Below, in pieces: positions 25,250 to 37,782 of a stretch of 64,000 bases of DNA; the stretch's first letter is position 1; every line of letters starts with the position of its first letter. Source of the stretch: Octopus sinensis (lineage: Eukaryota); contig NC_043009.1 in assembly GCF_006345805.1 (NCBI RefSeq), forward strand, positions 8,742,001 through 8,806,000. The letters run 5' to 3'. The notes below the pieces were generated by a model. It saw nothing but the letters and a program-made list of their open reading frames with translations. It had not been told where the DNA came from and searched no databases. The position numbers and the translations under genes are program-made.

Positions 25250-26600
25250 AATTCAACAGGCAATAACAGAAGAATTCAACCGGCAATAACAGAGGAATTC
25301 AAGACGGGTTGATCCTGGGAGCTCCTCTATGCTGATGACCTGGCCCTCATAGCAGAATCACTACCGGAACTAGAAAAGAAATTTCGGGTGTGGAAGCTAG
25401 GTTTAGAATCGAAAGGCCTTAGAGTCAATGTAGCAAACACCAAAGTCCTAGTAAGTAGGAAGCCAAACACACCACACACTGCTTCAGGTAGGTGGCCCTG
25501 CTCGATCTGAAGAAAAGGTGTAGGTAGAAATTCCATAAGATATACCCAGTGTAAGCTATGAACACATAAGAGGTGCAGCACCATCAAAGGGAAATTAACC
25601 GAGAAGATAGCTTTTGTGTGCAACAGATGCACAGGGGCAATAGATACCATGGAAATTCAGAAAACAGATTCCATTACACTCCTGGGGGAGAAACTAGAAG
25701 TAGTTGATAGTTTCCGCTACCTAGGTGACCAAGTTAGTAGTGGGGGTGGATGCTCAGAGAGTGTCACCACTAGAATATGAATAGCCTGGGCAAAGTTTAG
25801 AAAACTCCTACCCCTACTGGTGACAAAGGGTCTCTCGTTCAGAGTGAAAGGTAGATTGTATGATGCATGTGTGCGAACTGCCATGCTTCACGGCAGTGAA
25901 ACATGGGCTGTGACTGCAGAGGACATGCTTAGGCTTGAAAGAAATGAAGTTAGCATGATCTGCTGGATGTGTAATGTCAGTGTGCACACACAACAGAGTG
26001 TTAGCGCCCTGAGAGAAATACTGGACATAAGAAGCATTGGATGTGGTGTGCAAGAGAGACGTCTGTGCTGGTATAGTCATGTACTACGGATGGGTGTGGA
26101 GAGATGTGTGAAGAAGTGCCACTCCCAAACAGTTGAAGGAATCCAGGGTAGAGGCAGACCCAGGAAGACATGGAATGAGGTGGTCAAGCATGACCTTCGA
26201 ACGTTGGGTCTCACAGAGGCAATGACAGAGGACCAAGACCTCTGGAGATATACTGTGACAATGAAGATCTGACAAATAAAGTGAGTTCATGGCTGTTTCC
26301 TGCACCAACTTCACATAAAAGCGCCAGCCCTTCCAAAGTGCCTTGGATCGTAGGGTGACCTGCTGTGCTTGAGGAGACCTATTGAGTCAAGTATGTCAGC
26401 ATCAAAAATCAAATGGAAATTGTGGTTGCGATACCTGTGCAGGTGGCATGTAAAATGCACCATCCGTACGTGGCCGATGCCAGCCTACCCTGGCACGTAA
26501 GAAGCACCATCCGTATGTGGCCGATGCCAGCGCCGCCTTGACTGGCTTCTGTGCCGGTGGCATGTAAAAAGCACCAACCGATATACCAGCTCAGGCAGTG
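25250..26600 (+). mobile_element. 5'-truncated RTE-clade LINE (RT C-terminal half plus 3'UTR), inactive
   Basis: One frame reads PWELLYADDLALIAES...KTKVL...LEVVDSFRYLGD...LHGSETW...RGRPRKTWNEVVKHDL, with several in-frame stops. 3'UTR has ggtggcacgtaaaaagcacc subrepeats. Confidence 0.92.
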
Positions 26601-26617
26601 AACTGGCAAAAATGTTA

Positions 26618-27006
26618 GCACACCGGGCGAAATGCCGAGCGGTATTTCGTCTGCCGCTATGTTCTGAGTTCAAATTCCGCCGAGGTCAACTTTGCCTTTC
26701 ATCCTTTCAGGGCTGATTAAATAAGTACCAGTTACGCACCGGGGTCTATATAATCGACTTAATCCGTTTGTCTGTCCTTGTTTGTCCCTTCTGTGTTTAG
26801 CCCCTTGTGGGTAGTAAAGAAATAGGTATTTCGTCTATCTCTACGTTCTGAGTTCAAATTCCGCCGAGGTCAACTTTGCCTTTCATCCTTTCGGGGTCGA
26901 TTAAGTAAGTACCAGTTATGCACTGGGGTTGATATAATCGGCTTAATCCATTTGTCTGTCCTTGTTTGTCCTCTCTGTGTTTAGCCCCTTGTGGGTAGTA
27001 AAGAAA
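26618..27006 (+). mobile_element. SINE family B with a tandem duplicated 3' part (~184-bp period)
   Basis: gtatttcgtct...gagttcaaattccgccgaggtcaac...gtagtaaagaaat occurs twice head-to-tail (starts near 26642 and 26826). Confidence 0.9.
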
Positions 27007-27009
27007 TGG

Positions 27010-27535
27010 ATATACCAACTCCAGCATTTGATCCTCAGAGGAAGAGAAGTTGGTAAAGAAGCCAAAGTCATTATCTTCAATTCAGTTTTCAAGTCTAAAT
27101 TTCATGAATGTTGGATAATAACCAAATGGGGACGATTGTGAATCCAAGCAGCCGAAATGAGGTTCATCCAAAAGATCTACCTGACAAGGTGTGTAACTCA
27201 GGAATCAGGGAGTCTCTCCAGGTTCAGCCACAACTTCTCTACAGTGAGAGGTCATCACTCCAGTACTATGGACATATGATTACAACATCACAGGAGGAAT
27301 CATAAAATGCATTCTTCAAGCCCAGATATTCGGGAGGAAACCTTGGAGTGGACCCAGAATGAGGTGGTTGGGTAATATCCATGGTCTCAGTTGATTACTC
27401 TGAGAAACCAGCTGGAAAGTACTTTTGATTGGACCCTATGGAGGAGGTCCCTGAAGACTCTTGTGCCGGGACTTTGCCAGGAATAGTGGATGGACAAGAT
27501 GGATGAATGAATGACAGACTATCAAAGACCTAATT
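27010..27535 (+). mobile_element. Decayed RTE-like LINE 3' end
   Basis: Broken remnants IQAAEMRFIQKI, DKVCNSGIRESLQVQP, RMRWLGNI, and a (TGGA/TGAA)n tail near 27495-27515. Confidence 0.6.
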
Positions 27536-29007
27536 GATCAAAAACATAATGTAAAGGTAAATATTTGTTTAATGTTTAATCTCGAAAGACAATGGGAATT
27601 GCCCAGAAAATTATAATCATGTGAACAATTAACTCAGAATAACAATTTGGATAATAGTTGTAATGTCTATGTAAATACAGAGCAGCACCAGCTGGTTAGG
27701 GCAGCGGACTCTCGGTCAGAGGATCGCGGTTTCGATTCCCAGACTGGGCGCTGTGTTTGTTTATTGAGCGTAAACACCTAAAGCTCCACGAGGCTCTGGC
27801 AGAGGATGGTGGCGACCCCTGTTGTACTCTTTCGTTCCAACTTTCTCTCACTCTTTCTTCCTGTTTCTTATCCCCGACTTCCTACGCAAAGGACCGCATT
27901 TCGGACTTCTCCCAATAATGGGATGAAGACCGCTTCGCTCAACAAACAAACAAGCAGCAGTGAAACTTTTTAAAGAGTCTTGTGTGTGAACAGAGATGGA
28001 GCTCACTCAGAATGTTGTTGTTGTTGCAGATTGTCTGACATGGTGTTGCAAATACCTCTGGACATTCTGAACAAAGCTGAAATAGTGCTGGCATGGCTGT
28101 GTAGTTAAGAAGCTCACTTTGCAATCACACAGTTTCAGGTTCAGTCTCTGTGAGCAGCACCTTAGGCAAGTAGCCCTGGGCCAGCCAATGCCTTGTGAGT
28201 GAACTTGGTAGATGGCTCAGATATAAGGACAAGCTGAAGAGTAATCTCTCAGCAGTCAATGTAGCTCACAACACCTTTGAGCAGACGGCCTTGGGACAAA
28301 CAAAATGGTGTAAGGGACTTTGTTTCAACTGGTATTAACAGGCAAAGGAAAAAAATGGCTGCAATCATACCGGACTGCACTGACCCATAATCTTCATGCT
28401 TGCAACATCTGTGGGCTTCTTTGCAAATCATTCGCGGGACTCAAATGTGACATTCGACATAAGCATTATGACTGACAAAGATAATGTAGATTGTCAGGCC
28501 CTTGTATTTCAAAATCAACAGGGAATTCCATCATCATATATATTTTTTTTTTCAGAATAGCATATCTTGAAGCACACACGTAAAGCTATAAACAATATCG
28601 TGTAAATGTTGGGTTGAGAAACACTTTGAGATAGAAATGGTCAAAGGCTGCTCACAGAACGTATGTGTGTGTGTATGTGTATTTCTCCTCTACCTCCATA
28701 ACTTGACAACTTGTATTGGTCTGCTTACATCCATAATACTTAGCAGTTGAGTGAAAGTGACTGACAGAATAAGGCTTTAATTCAATGGTTGGAACAAATG
28801 AAAGATATATAATTTTACATTCTGTTCCTAGTTTCATCTATTGACCAGGTTACATCTTTAAAGGTTTTAATTAATATCCACCCCTAATACTTATTGAATT
28901 CAGAGATGTAACACATCTGGAAGTAAATACTGCTTAGATAGTTTTCTTTATCCCACACCAATTGACTCACACAGGATAACAGATAGTGAATACATATATA
29001 TATAAAA

Positions 29008-29371
29008 CTAGCAGTATCGCCCGGCGTTGCTCAGGTTTGTAAGGGAAATAACTATAAAGCATTTTTAGAGAGTTATAGCCAAAAAATGGAAAAAAATGAT
29101 GGTAAATTTTTTTTGAGAGTAAAAAAAGGTGGAGTTGCGTCCTCTAGACGGTTTATGTTTCTGATTCTCAACCCCATGTCGAATTTATCGATTTTTTTCA
29201 GAACTGGGGGAACTTTTCAAAATTTTCGCTGCGTTAGTTTGAATTATGACATTGGGCTATGTGTGTGTCAACTTCATCAGAATCGGTTGAAAGCCGTGGT
29301 CAGGGTGAGGGTACAAGCAAACAGACACACAGAAACACGCACAGACAAACTGCCGTTTATATAGAGAGAGA
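29008..29371 (-). mobile_element. Non-autonomous Helitron-like element
   Basis: Minus strand starts A|TCTCTCTCTATATAAACGGCAG and ends GCAACGCCGGGCGATACTGCTAG|T, giving the TC...CTAG ends and A/T target of Helitrons. Confidence 0.75.
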
Positions 29372-29411
29372 TATGTACTTACATACAAGACCAAAAAGGG
29401 TACAGGCGCCG

Positions 29412-29443
<32 letters not shown>

Positions 29444-29570
29444 GTATATGTAAAAAAATACAAACTGGGACAAGAACGCAAAACATTTAGAAGACGATAC
29501 AAATAACACGGACGGGACATTCGAAGCTTTCAATCTTCAGTCAAGAACCGGATCATCCTCGCAATTTCGG

Positions 29571-29606
<36 letters not shown>

Positions 29607-29610
<4 letters not shown>

Positions 29611-30160
29611 GTTCTCCGGAAAGTTTGTGCCGATTTATTTCGACTTATTTTAGAACATGGTTGAGTCCATAGAATAGGATTTGACTACACCTCCATTTAG
29701 AGCACAGTTTAAGCTATCTGTTCGTGGAAGAAGATTTATGTTCTTATAACCTGTGTTAATTCTGTAACCCTTTAAAATGGAAGATAAGAAAGTTCATTTT
29801 CGGCACTTGATGCTTTGGGAACCAGACAAAAATTGCTGCAGCTCGGCTGGGATGTGTTACCCCACCCTCCATATTAACCAGATATTACTCCTTCGGATTT
29901 CCACTTATTCAGGTCTCTGCAGAATAGTCATAATGGTAAAAATTTCAATTCCTCGGATGACATAAAAAGATACCTTGATGAATTCTTTGCCATGAAACCA
30001 CCTCAATTCTGGGAAGAGGGTATTTTCAAGTCAAAGGAAAGATGGAAACGCATTGTGCAACAAAATGGTTCATATTTGGTTGATTAAAAATGTAATGGCA
30101 AGTATTTAATTGACCTTTTTCTTTCTTCTAAAAATCGGCACGAACTTTCCAGACAACCAA
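29607..30160 (+). mobile_element. Internally deleted mariner (554 bp) inside a TA microsatellite
   Basis: TIRs ttgggttctccggaaagtttgtgccgattt / aaatcggcacgaactttccagacaaccaa. N-terminal MEDKKVHFRHLMLW is joined to C-terminal HPPY*PDITPSDFHLFRSLQN...RWKRIVQQNGSYLVD. Confidence 0.92.
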
Positions 30161-30642
30161 TATATATATATATATATATATAATATATATATATATATAC
30201 ATACATATATATATATATAGGCACAGGTGTAGCTGTGTGGTAAGAAGTTGCTTCCCAACCACATAGTTTGGGGTTCAGTCACACTGTGTGGCACCTTGTG
30301 AGTGTCTTCTGAGTGGATTCAGTTAACAGAAACTGAAAGAAGCCCTCGCCATGATAGATCACTAGCCACTGAACCTTTTTCTGTTTTCTCTCCCTGTTTA
30401 TTTCTGTGTTCCTTTTTATCAAAGAGTGTAGGCTCGAAACATAAAAGGCTTTCTCACTTTCCGAGCATTGAACTTGTACATCTGTTTGTTGTTTACACAC
30501 ACCCATCATCTTTTGATTTTTTTTGTAAATTCTCACTATATATATATATGCATGTGTGTGTGTGTTGTGTTTCTGCATTAAATGTAGAAGTGGTGACAAT
30601 ACAGGCACCTCATCAGACTTGCTAGCCAGAAGCACACAATGT

Positions 30643-30888
30643 CTTTACTAATGGAGGTAAAACCACCGTCTTGGTCAGTTTGGAGTGGAAAAAAAAACAT
30701 TCTAAGGGAAAAGAGCTGCCTTCTCTTGAGTAATTTTAGCTGTCCAAAAGGAATCGGTTTGTGTACATTTTTTCATTCCCTAGTCTGCCAATGGCCCGGC
30801 AAGACCACGTTTCCAAAAATTTTCTGTCATGAAAGTTTTTTTCACCACCAAACTGACCAACACTGTATTTTTATCTCCACTAGTAAAG
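30643..30888. mobile_element. Old MITE with ~55-bp degenerate TIRs
   Basis: ctttactaatggaggtaaaaccaccgtcttggtcagtttggagtggaaaaaaa versus tttttttcaccaccaaactgaccaacactgtatttttatctccactagtaaag. Confidence 0.65.
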
Positions 30889-31408
30889 TGGCCATGTGCT
30901 TCCGGTCAGCATTTCTGATGAGTCTCCTATTTGCATTACTAAAGGAACAGCCTTCTGATCAGAGGGGATTTTAGTCTTCTTACCTAAGCCAGCAGATGGC
31001 ATCATTCGAAAACTATGGCAGTGTGAAGTGCATTGTCACTAGCAATGTATAACAAAATCCAATAATCTGGTTGATATTGTGATATATATATGTGGAGGTG
31101 CAATGGCCCAGTGGTTAGGGCACCAGACTCACGGTCATAGGATTGCGGTTTCGAATCCCAGACTGGGCGTTGTGAGTGTTTATTGAGCGCAAACACCTAA
31201 ACTTCCACAAGGCTCCCGCAGGGGTTGGTGGGGATCCCTGCTCTACTCTTTCACCACAACTTTCTCTCACTCTTTCTTCTGTTGGCCTGCTCGCTTAACA
31301 AGTGGGGTGGCGTCATTTGAAGGCTAAAACAATGTGAAGCGCATTGTGACCAGCGATGTGTAGCAACATCTGATAGCCTGGTCGGTCACGATGATCACTG
31401 TGATATAA

Positions 31409-31440
<32 letters not shown>

Positions 31441-31789
31441 GTGTATATACTTTCATGCATTTCAGCCTAAAAGCTGTGGCTATGCTGGGGCAATGACAAT
31501 ATTCTGCCTCCCAGCCTCCATCTTTATTGCCCACAAGGGGCTAAACATAGAGGGGACAAACAAGGACAGATAAAGGGATTAAGTCGATTACATCGACCCC
31601 AGTGCGTAACTGGTACTTAATTTATTGACCCCCAAAAGGATGAAAGGCTAAGTCGACCTCAGCGGAATTTGAACTCAGAACGTAGCAGCAGACCAAATAC
31701 CACTAAGCATTTCACCCGGCCTGCTAACGATTCTGCTAGCTCACCGCCTTTGCTGAAGCTTGCTTTGCCATGCTTGCACAGGTGAACTA

Positions 31790-32100
31790 GTCTTCTCAAG
31801 CACTTCCTGTCACTAGTCATCACAATCCCCTGTCGCTTCTTCTATGAGGCTCAGACTCCTGAGATCATTCCTCACCACTTCATCCCATGTCTTCATTGGT
31901 CTCTCCCTTCCACGACTTCCAAATGATTGATGCACCTTATACTTCTTTATACAATTGCACACTCCAGACACATCATATGTGCAGTTTTCTATCTTTCACA
32001 TCTCTCATATATGACATCTCTCATATCCTGTTTCCTTCTCAGCTCATTTGTCTGCTAGCATTCATAGACACTAATACTACACATCTACTGGAGCCTGCTC
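31790..32100 (-). mobile_element. Decayed RTE LINE fragment related to the 25.2-26.3 kb element
   Basis: Minus strand reads SRGRERPMKTWDEVVRNDLRSLSL, matching GRGRPRKTWNEVVKHDLRTLGL. Confidence 0.7.
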
Positions 32101-32225
32101 GAATGATTTCTTTTTAGTCTATGTAAGTTTTCTGAATTCAGGGCTCCTGAATATAAAATGCTTATATTCATTATCAATTAGGTTTTTTTTTAAAAAAAAG
32201 TATATAATGAATGTAAAATAATAAC

Positions 32226-32545
32226 GAAATTATTGTATACAGTGCTCAGGTGCACCACAACTTGTCAAAAAGTGCATATAAAGCATATGCAGTAATGTAC
32301 AAATGTCTGGGAAGCAAACAGTGTATCAGTCAGATACATGCTTGCGTGTGTACGGAGGGGGAGAAAATCAGGTGTAGTGTTGGCGAATCTCTGAAAGCAT
32401 GGGAGTTTTGAAGGATGCAGTGCTCCGACAACTAACAACTGATGCTGGCAGTTTGTTCTATGCTTCAGCAACTCTTAGCGTGAAAAAATGTTTTCGAAAG
32501 TCATGGGAGCTGTGCTGTTTTAGAATAGATTATTTTATAAAGTGT
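32226..32545 (-). mobile_element. CR1-type LINE 3' end (second copy)
   Basis: KQHSSHDFRKHFFTLRVAEA*NKLPASVVSCRSTASFK, with the same 3'UTR as the 12333 copy. Confidence 0.75.
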
Positions 32546-32949
32546 TTTGTAAAGTGGTTGGCATTAAAAGCACATCTAGTGATAGAAACAATGCCAAAGC
32601 TGATATAAGAGTTCAGTGCAACCCTGTGGTTTGTTGGATACTGTCACATCATCTAACCTATGCAAGTGTAGGAAATGGATGTTAAATGATGATGATTACA
32701 AATACATACACACACATATGTGGCACAGGCAAGGCTATGGGTGCAGTTGATGGGAACTGAAGGAAGCCCGTCATGTGTGTGTGTCCCCTCTAGCCTTCAC
32801 ACTGCATGGTAACTGTCAGTGGCTTTCGTTTCCAGTATTCATATTCAGTGTAAACATGTGCAGCTACGGATAAAATATAATCTTCCTCGGAAACAAGTGT
32901 GTGCATCATTTTCCTTAGCTTTTCTGGGACGTGACTGTATCAGGAACAG

Positions 32950-33290
32950 AAAATGGTTGATTGAGACACTCAAAAGGCTTAGAGAAGCCATTAGAAGAAT
33001 GACAAAACGATCCCCAGATCAATGCATAACCACAGACATGTTTAGCAACAAATCAGACAATCGACAAACTGAGATAATTAGAGCCCCCCTCCCTCCCTAC
33101 CTCCTCCAAATTATGATCTGGATCTGGCATCTTCCAATTTCTGCTTGTTTGGTCCAATGAAGTTTACTCTTTGGGGATAATGATTTGATAACATAGATGA
33201 GGTTAAAATGGCTGTAGATACATTAGTGCACACCTGAATTTTTTTTGAAAGTAGATTCCTGGATTGGCTTCAGGTAATGGCATGAAGGCA
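32950..33290 (+). mobile_element. Degraded mariner transposase fragment
   Basis: TLKRLREAIRR followed by a broken PPYSPDLAPS-like stretch and NFCLFGPMK. Confidence 0.6.
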
Positions 33291-34299
33291 TTTCTCATTG
33301 TCAGAGCATGCACTGTCTCCTCTCTCTGCTTTTTCTATTACTCCTTGTAGCTGGGTGGTCTTTGCAAACTTTACTTCAACACTCCTGACTCGCTCGTCTC
33401 TCCTTCCCATATTGGACAATCTCTAGTGACTGTCTTTTGGTGAAGGGGGGATATTCTGCTTCCCAATCTCCACTCACTAACCCCTATTTCAGTTCTTCCC
33501 TAGAATGTTGACCTTCTGCTGTAATTCCAGTACTTTGTAAAATGTTGAATTTAGCTTAATTTATTCATCTCAAGTTCTGCTGTGCTGGTGATTCCAAACA
33601 AGGATGAAGTAGCACTTTACATGGCTACTAATGACTTGAAAATTTAAGAACTTTATGTGTAACAAAAAAATTTTAATATAAATTTAATATAAATTCCAAA
33701 CTCTTAGATCTGCCTCAACCTAACTCTTTAGCATTTAAACTGACCATATCAAGTCCAAATATGTTCAAACCAGCCAGATCTAGCCTCTCATACCTACCCT
33801 ACAATATCATTCCAAAAATACACAATCACATCATTGGAATCTAGAAGCTACGATATAATGCATGATTGATCCAAAACAATGGGAATAAACGTTTGACAGA
33901 GCAATGTGAATGCTAAAGGGTTGTCTCCCCTATAATACTACTGGCGTTCACCATATCTTTGAGACTCTGATTGTGTTATTTCAATAGTACTGTTGACTTC
34001 CATCAGTTCGGCAGAAACTTTAATTACATCATCCTCATCAGTTTCAAATAGGCGTAGGAGTGGCTGTATGGTAAGTAGTTTGCTTATGAACCACATGGTT
34101 GAAGAAAACTGCATCACTTTGCAAAACTACGTCAAGCCAGTGGGGCTGAGTAGGCTCATGAAACTAGTATTATCTCAAGCTCAAATTCACAGCCTCCACA
34201 TCAGACTGTGGTTGGTGGAGAGAACATCCTGAAACCTTCAGCTTGCAGGGAACTGAACAAAGGTAAGGCAATCCAATCCAATCCAACGAATGTACACAC

Positions 34300-34346
34300 A
34301 CACACACACGTGTATTATATATATCATATAATGTACATATACATAT

Positions 34347-34380
<34 letters not shown>

Positions 34381-35380
34381 ATACATATGTTTATATATAT
34401 AAATACATATAAAAAATTAATTAATTAATTAATAATAAATAATATATAAATATAAAAATATACATACATACATATATATATATTTGAATATATATATAAA
34501 ATTTATAAGTTTAAATTATTTAAATAATTTTTTTTATTTTTAACTTTTATATTTTTAAATTAATTTTATGTATTGACTTATGTTTTTCACTGTTTGATTT
34601 GCCTAATAGTGGTTTTATTCTCTAATTTAATATAATATATATATATATATATATAGATATACATATATAATATATATACATATATAATACATATATATAT
34701 ATATAATATATAGATATATATATTATACATATATATATACATATACATATATATATATACATATATATATAATATATATATATATATATTATATATACAT
34801 ATATATATACATAATATATATATATATATATATGCATGTATAATATATATAATATATATGCATGTATAATATATATATATATATATGCATGTATATATAT
34901 ATATATATGATATATATATATGCATGTATAATATATATAATATATATATATATATATATGCATGTATAATATATATATATTATATATATATATATGCATG
35001 TATAATATATATATATATATATATATAGCATGTATAATATATATATATAATATATATATACATATATATAATATATAGATATATATATACATACATATAT
35101 ATATATATTATATACATATATATGCATGTATAATATATATATATATACCTATATATATGCATATATACAATATATATATACATATATATATAATATATAC
35201 ATATATAGATATATATATACATACATATATATATACGTATATATATATATATGTATATATATAATATATAATACATATATATATATATATATATAGATAT
35301 ATATATACATATATAGATATATAACATATATATATACGTATATATATGTATATATATATACACACACACATATATACGTA

Positions 35381-35411
<31 letters not shown>

Positions 35412-35682
35412 TATACGTATATATATATATATAGATATATATACATATATATATATGTATATATATATATATACACACACACACACATATACATATATAG
35501 ATATATATACATATATGCATATATAAATATATATATATACATATAGATATATATATACATATATATATACACCTATATATATATAGATATACATATAGAT
35601 ATATATATACATACATATATATACACCTATATATATATAGATATATATATAGATATATATACATATATAATACACCTATATA

Positions 35683-35750
<68 letters not shown>

Positions 35751-36692
35751 TATATTATATATATATATATATATACACACACATTATCGAACCTCTGGCA
35801 GCATATTTAATATCAGGCGCTTTGCTGCAAAAACAAAGGTATTTACCTCTATCATGAGAGACCTTTTGTATGCAGATGATTGTGAGCTAGTAGCGCACAC
35901 AGAGATTGATATGCAACACATTTTGAATGCATTCTCTGATGCTTGCACTGCCTTAGGATTGACAGTCAATCTCAAGAAAACTGTTGTCATGCATCAACCT
36001 GCCCCTGGTAAGCAGTATAGTGTACCAAATATCTATGTGTATGGTAAACGACTTGATGTAGTCGATCAGTTTGTCTTACATGGGAAGCACTAGTAATAGG
36101 TGTAGCAATTTGGATGATGAAATTCCATATAGAATTAGGAAATCAAGTGTTGCTTTCGGAAGGCTAGAAAAGCTCCTCTGGAGTCGGCGAGACATATGCA
36201 GAAAGACAAAGATAAAGGTGTACAAGGCATGTGTGCTCCCTTCTCTTCTCTATGCTTGTGAGACGTGGGTCACATATCGATACTACCTTAAACAACTGGA
36301 ATGTTTCCATCAGATGTGTCTCAGACGGATCTATGGCATTAAGTGGAAGGACTGCATCAGTGATCTTGAAATATTGGAAGGCTCTCGGTGTGAAAGTATA
36401 GAAGCTCTTGTGTTAAAGCAAAGGCTCAGATGGAGTGGTCATCTGGTCAGAATGAAGGATTCAAGGATGCCAAAACAACTCTTTTATGGGGATTTAGCTA
36501 AAGGAGAACGACCTCCACATAAACCAAAAAAGAGGTATAAGGACTTGCTGAAGGCTTCCTTAATAGATGCTTGCATCTCTCTTGACATATATACATACAT
36601 ACGTATATACATACATTCGTATATACATACATATATATATATATATTATATATATATGTATATATATATAATATGTATATATATATATAATG

Positions 36693-36723
<31 letters not shown>

Positions 36724-36850
36724 TATATATATGTATATATATATATATATGTTATATATATATATATATATGATATATATATGTATATATATATATATAT
36801 ATATACACATATATATACATATATAAATACATATATATACATACATCCAT
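34300..36850. repeat. Giant (TA)n-variant microsatellite interrupted by the BovB-like fragment
   Basis: About 1.5 kb of TA with tgca/tacg/taga interruptions before 35784, and a further ~260 bp after 36585. Confidence 0.95.
35784..36585 (+). mobile_element. RTE-1/BovB-like LINE RT fragment embedded in a giant TA microsatellite
   Basis: [19 protein letters not shown]...LLYADDC...LKKTVVM, then a frameshift near 36070 into YMGS...LLYACETW...QRLRWSGHLVRMKDSRMPKQLFYGDL. Confidence 0.92.
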
Positions 36851-37401
36851 CCATTGCCATTTCTGTGTCTTAAACACAACCTTAGTTTGACCTTGAGAGT
36901 TGAATCTGGTAAATGGAAACAGCACAGAGTAGTGTCGTGCTCACTGCATGTGTTTGTATCTCACCAAAAATATGCAAATCATTGGGAAAATAGCTGACAG
37001 GTGTCTTAAACAAAGATATACCTTACAATATTTACGACTCCCTCGAGTTCGTGACACTCACCTGTCATTGTTCCCTGCAATTGATTGGAAACCAACAATG
37101 TTTCACAAATGCCTATTATAAAAATATAGACATAAGCACCATTTATGATGCCTTGATTAATTATATTTCATACTTTTGGTACCGACGTTATTACTCACAA
37201 AATGCATTTTAGGAAACAAAATAACTGCAACAGTGACTTTTTTTTGTCAGAGTTAAGGCCCTTGCCTTGAGATAGTTTTTTTTTGTTTTTGTTTTTTAAT
37301 GGTTGAATGTAACGAGAATTTCGGTATTTCATTGAATAACTAAAGTTGTGCATATAAAACCGATGCCCACGTGTTTGTACTAACAGAACATGGGCTGGTT
37401 A

Positions 37402-37782
37402 CTCTCTTTTACTTGTTTCAGTCATTTGACTGCGACCATGCTGGAGCACCGCCTTTAGACGAGCAAATCAACCCCAAGACTTATTCTTTGTAAGCCTAGC
37501 ACTTGCTCTATCGGACTCTTTTGCCGAACCGCTAAGTTACGGGGACGTAAACACACCGGCATCGGTTGTCAAGCGATGTTGGGGGAACAAACACAGACAC
37601 ACAAACATACGTACATACATATATATACGACGGGCTTCTTTCAGTTTCCGTCTACCAAATCCACTCACAAGGCTTTGGTTGGCCCGAGGCTATAGTAGTA
37701 GACACTTGTCCAAGGTACCATGCAGTGGGACTGAACCCGGAATCATGTAGTTGGTAAGCAAGCTACTTACCACACAGCCACT
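37402..37782 (-). mobile_element. SINE family A copy
   Basis: Full consensus match. Confidence 0.9.

Noticed and set aside
29500-29560. CTGAAGA...CGAAT hammerhead-like core in the 125-bp TA element (minus strand)
   Set aside because: GAAT instead of the invariant GAAA in both complete copies, and the helix geometry does not fit.
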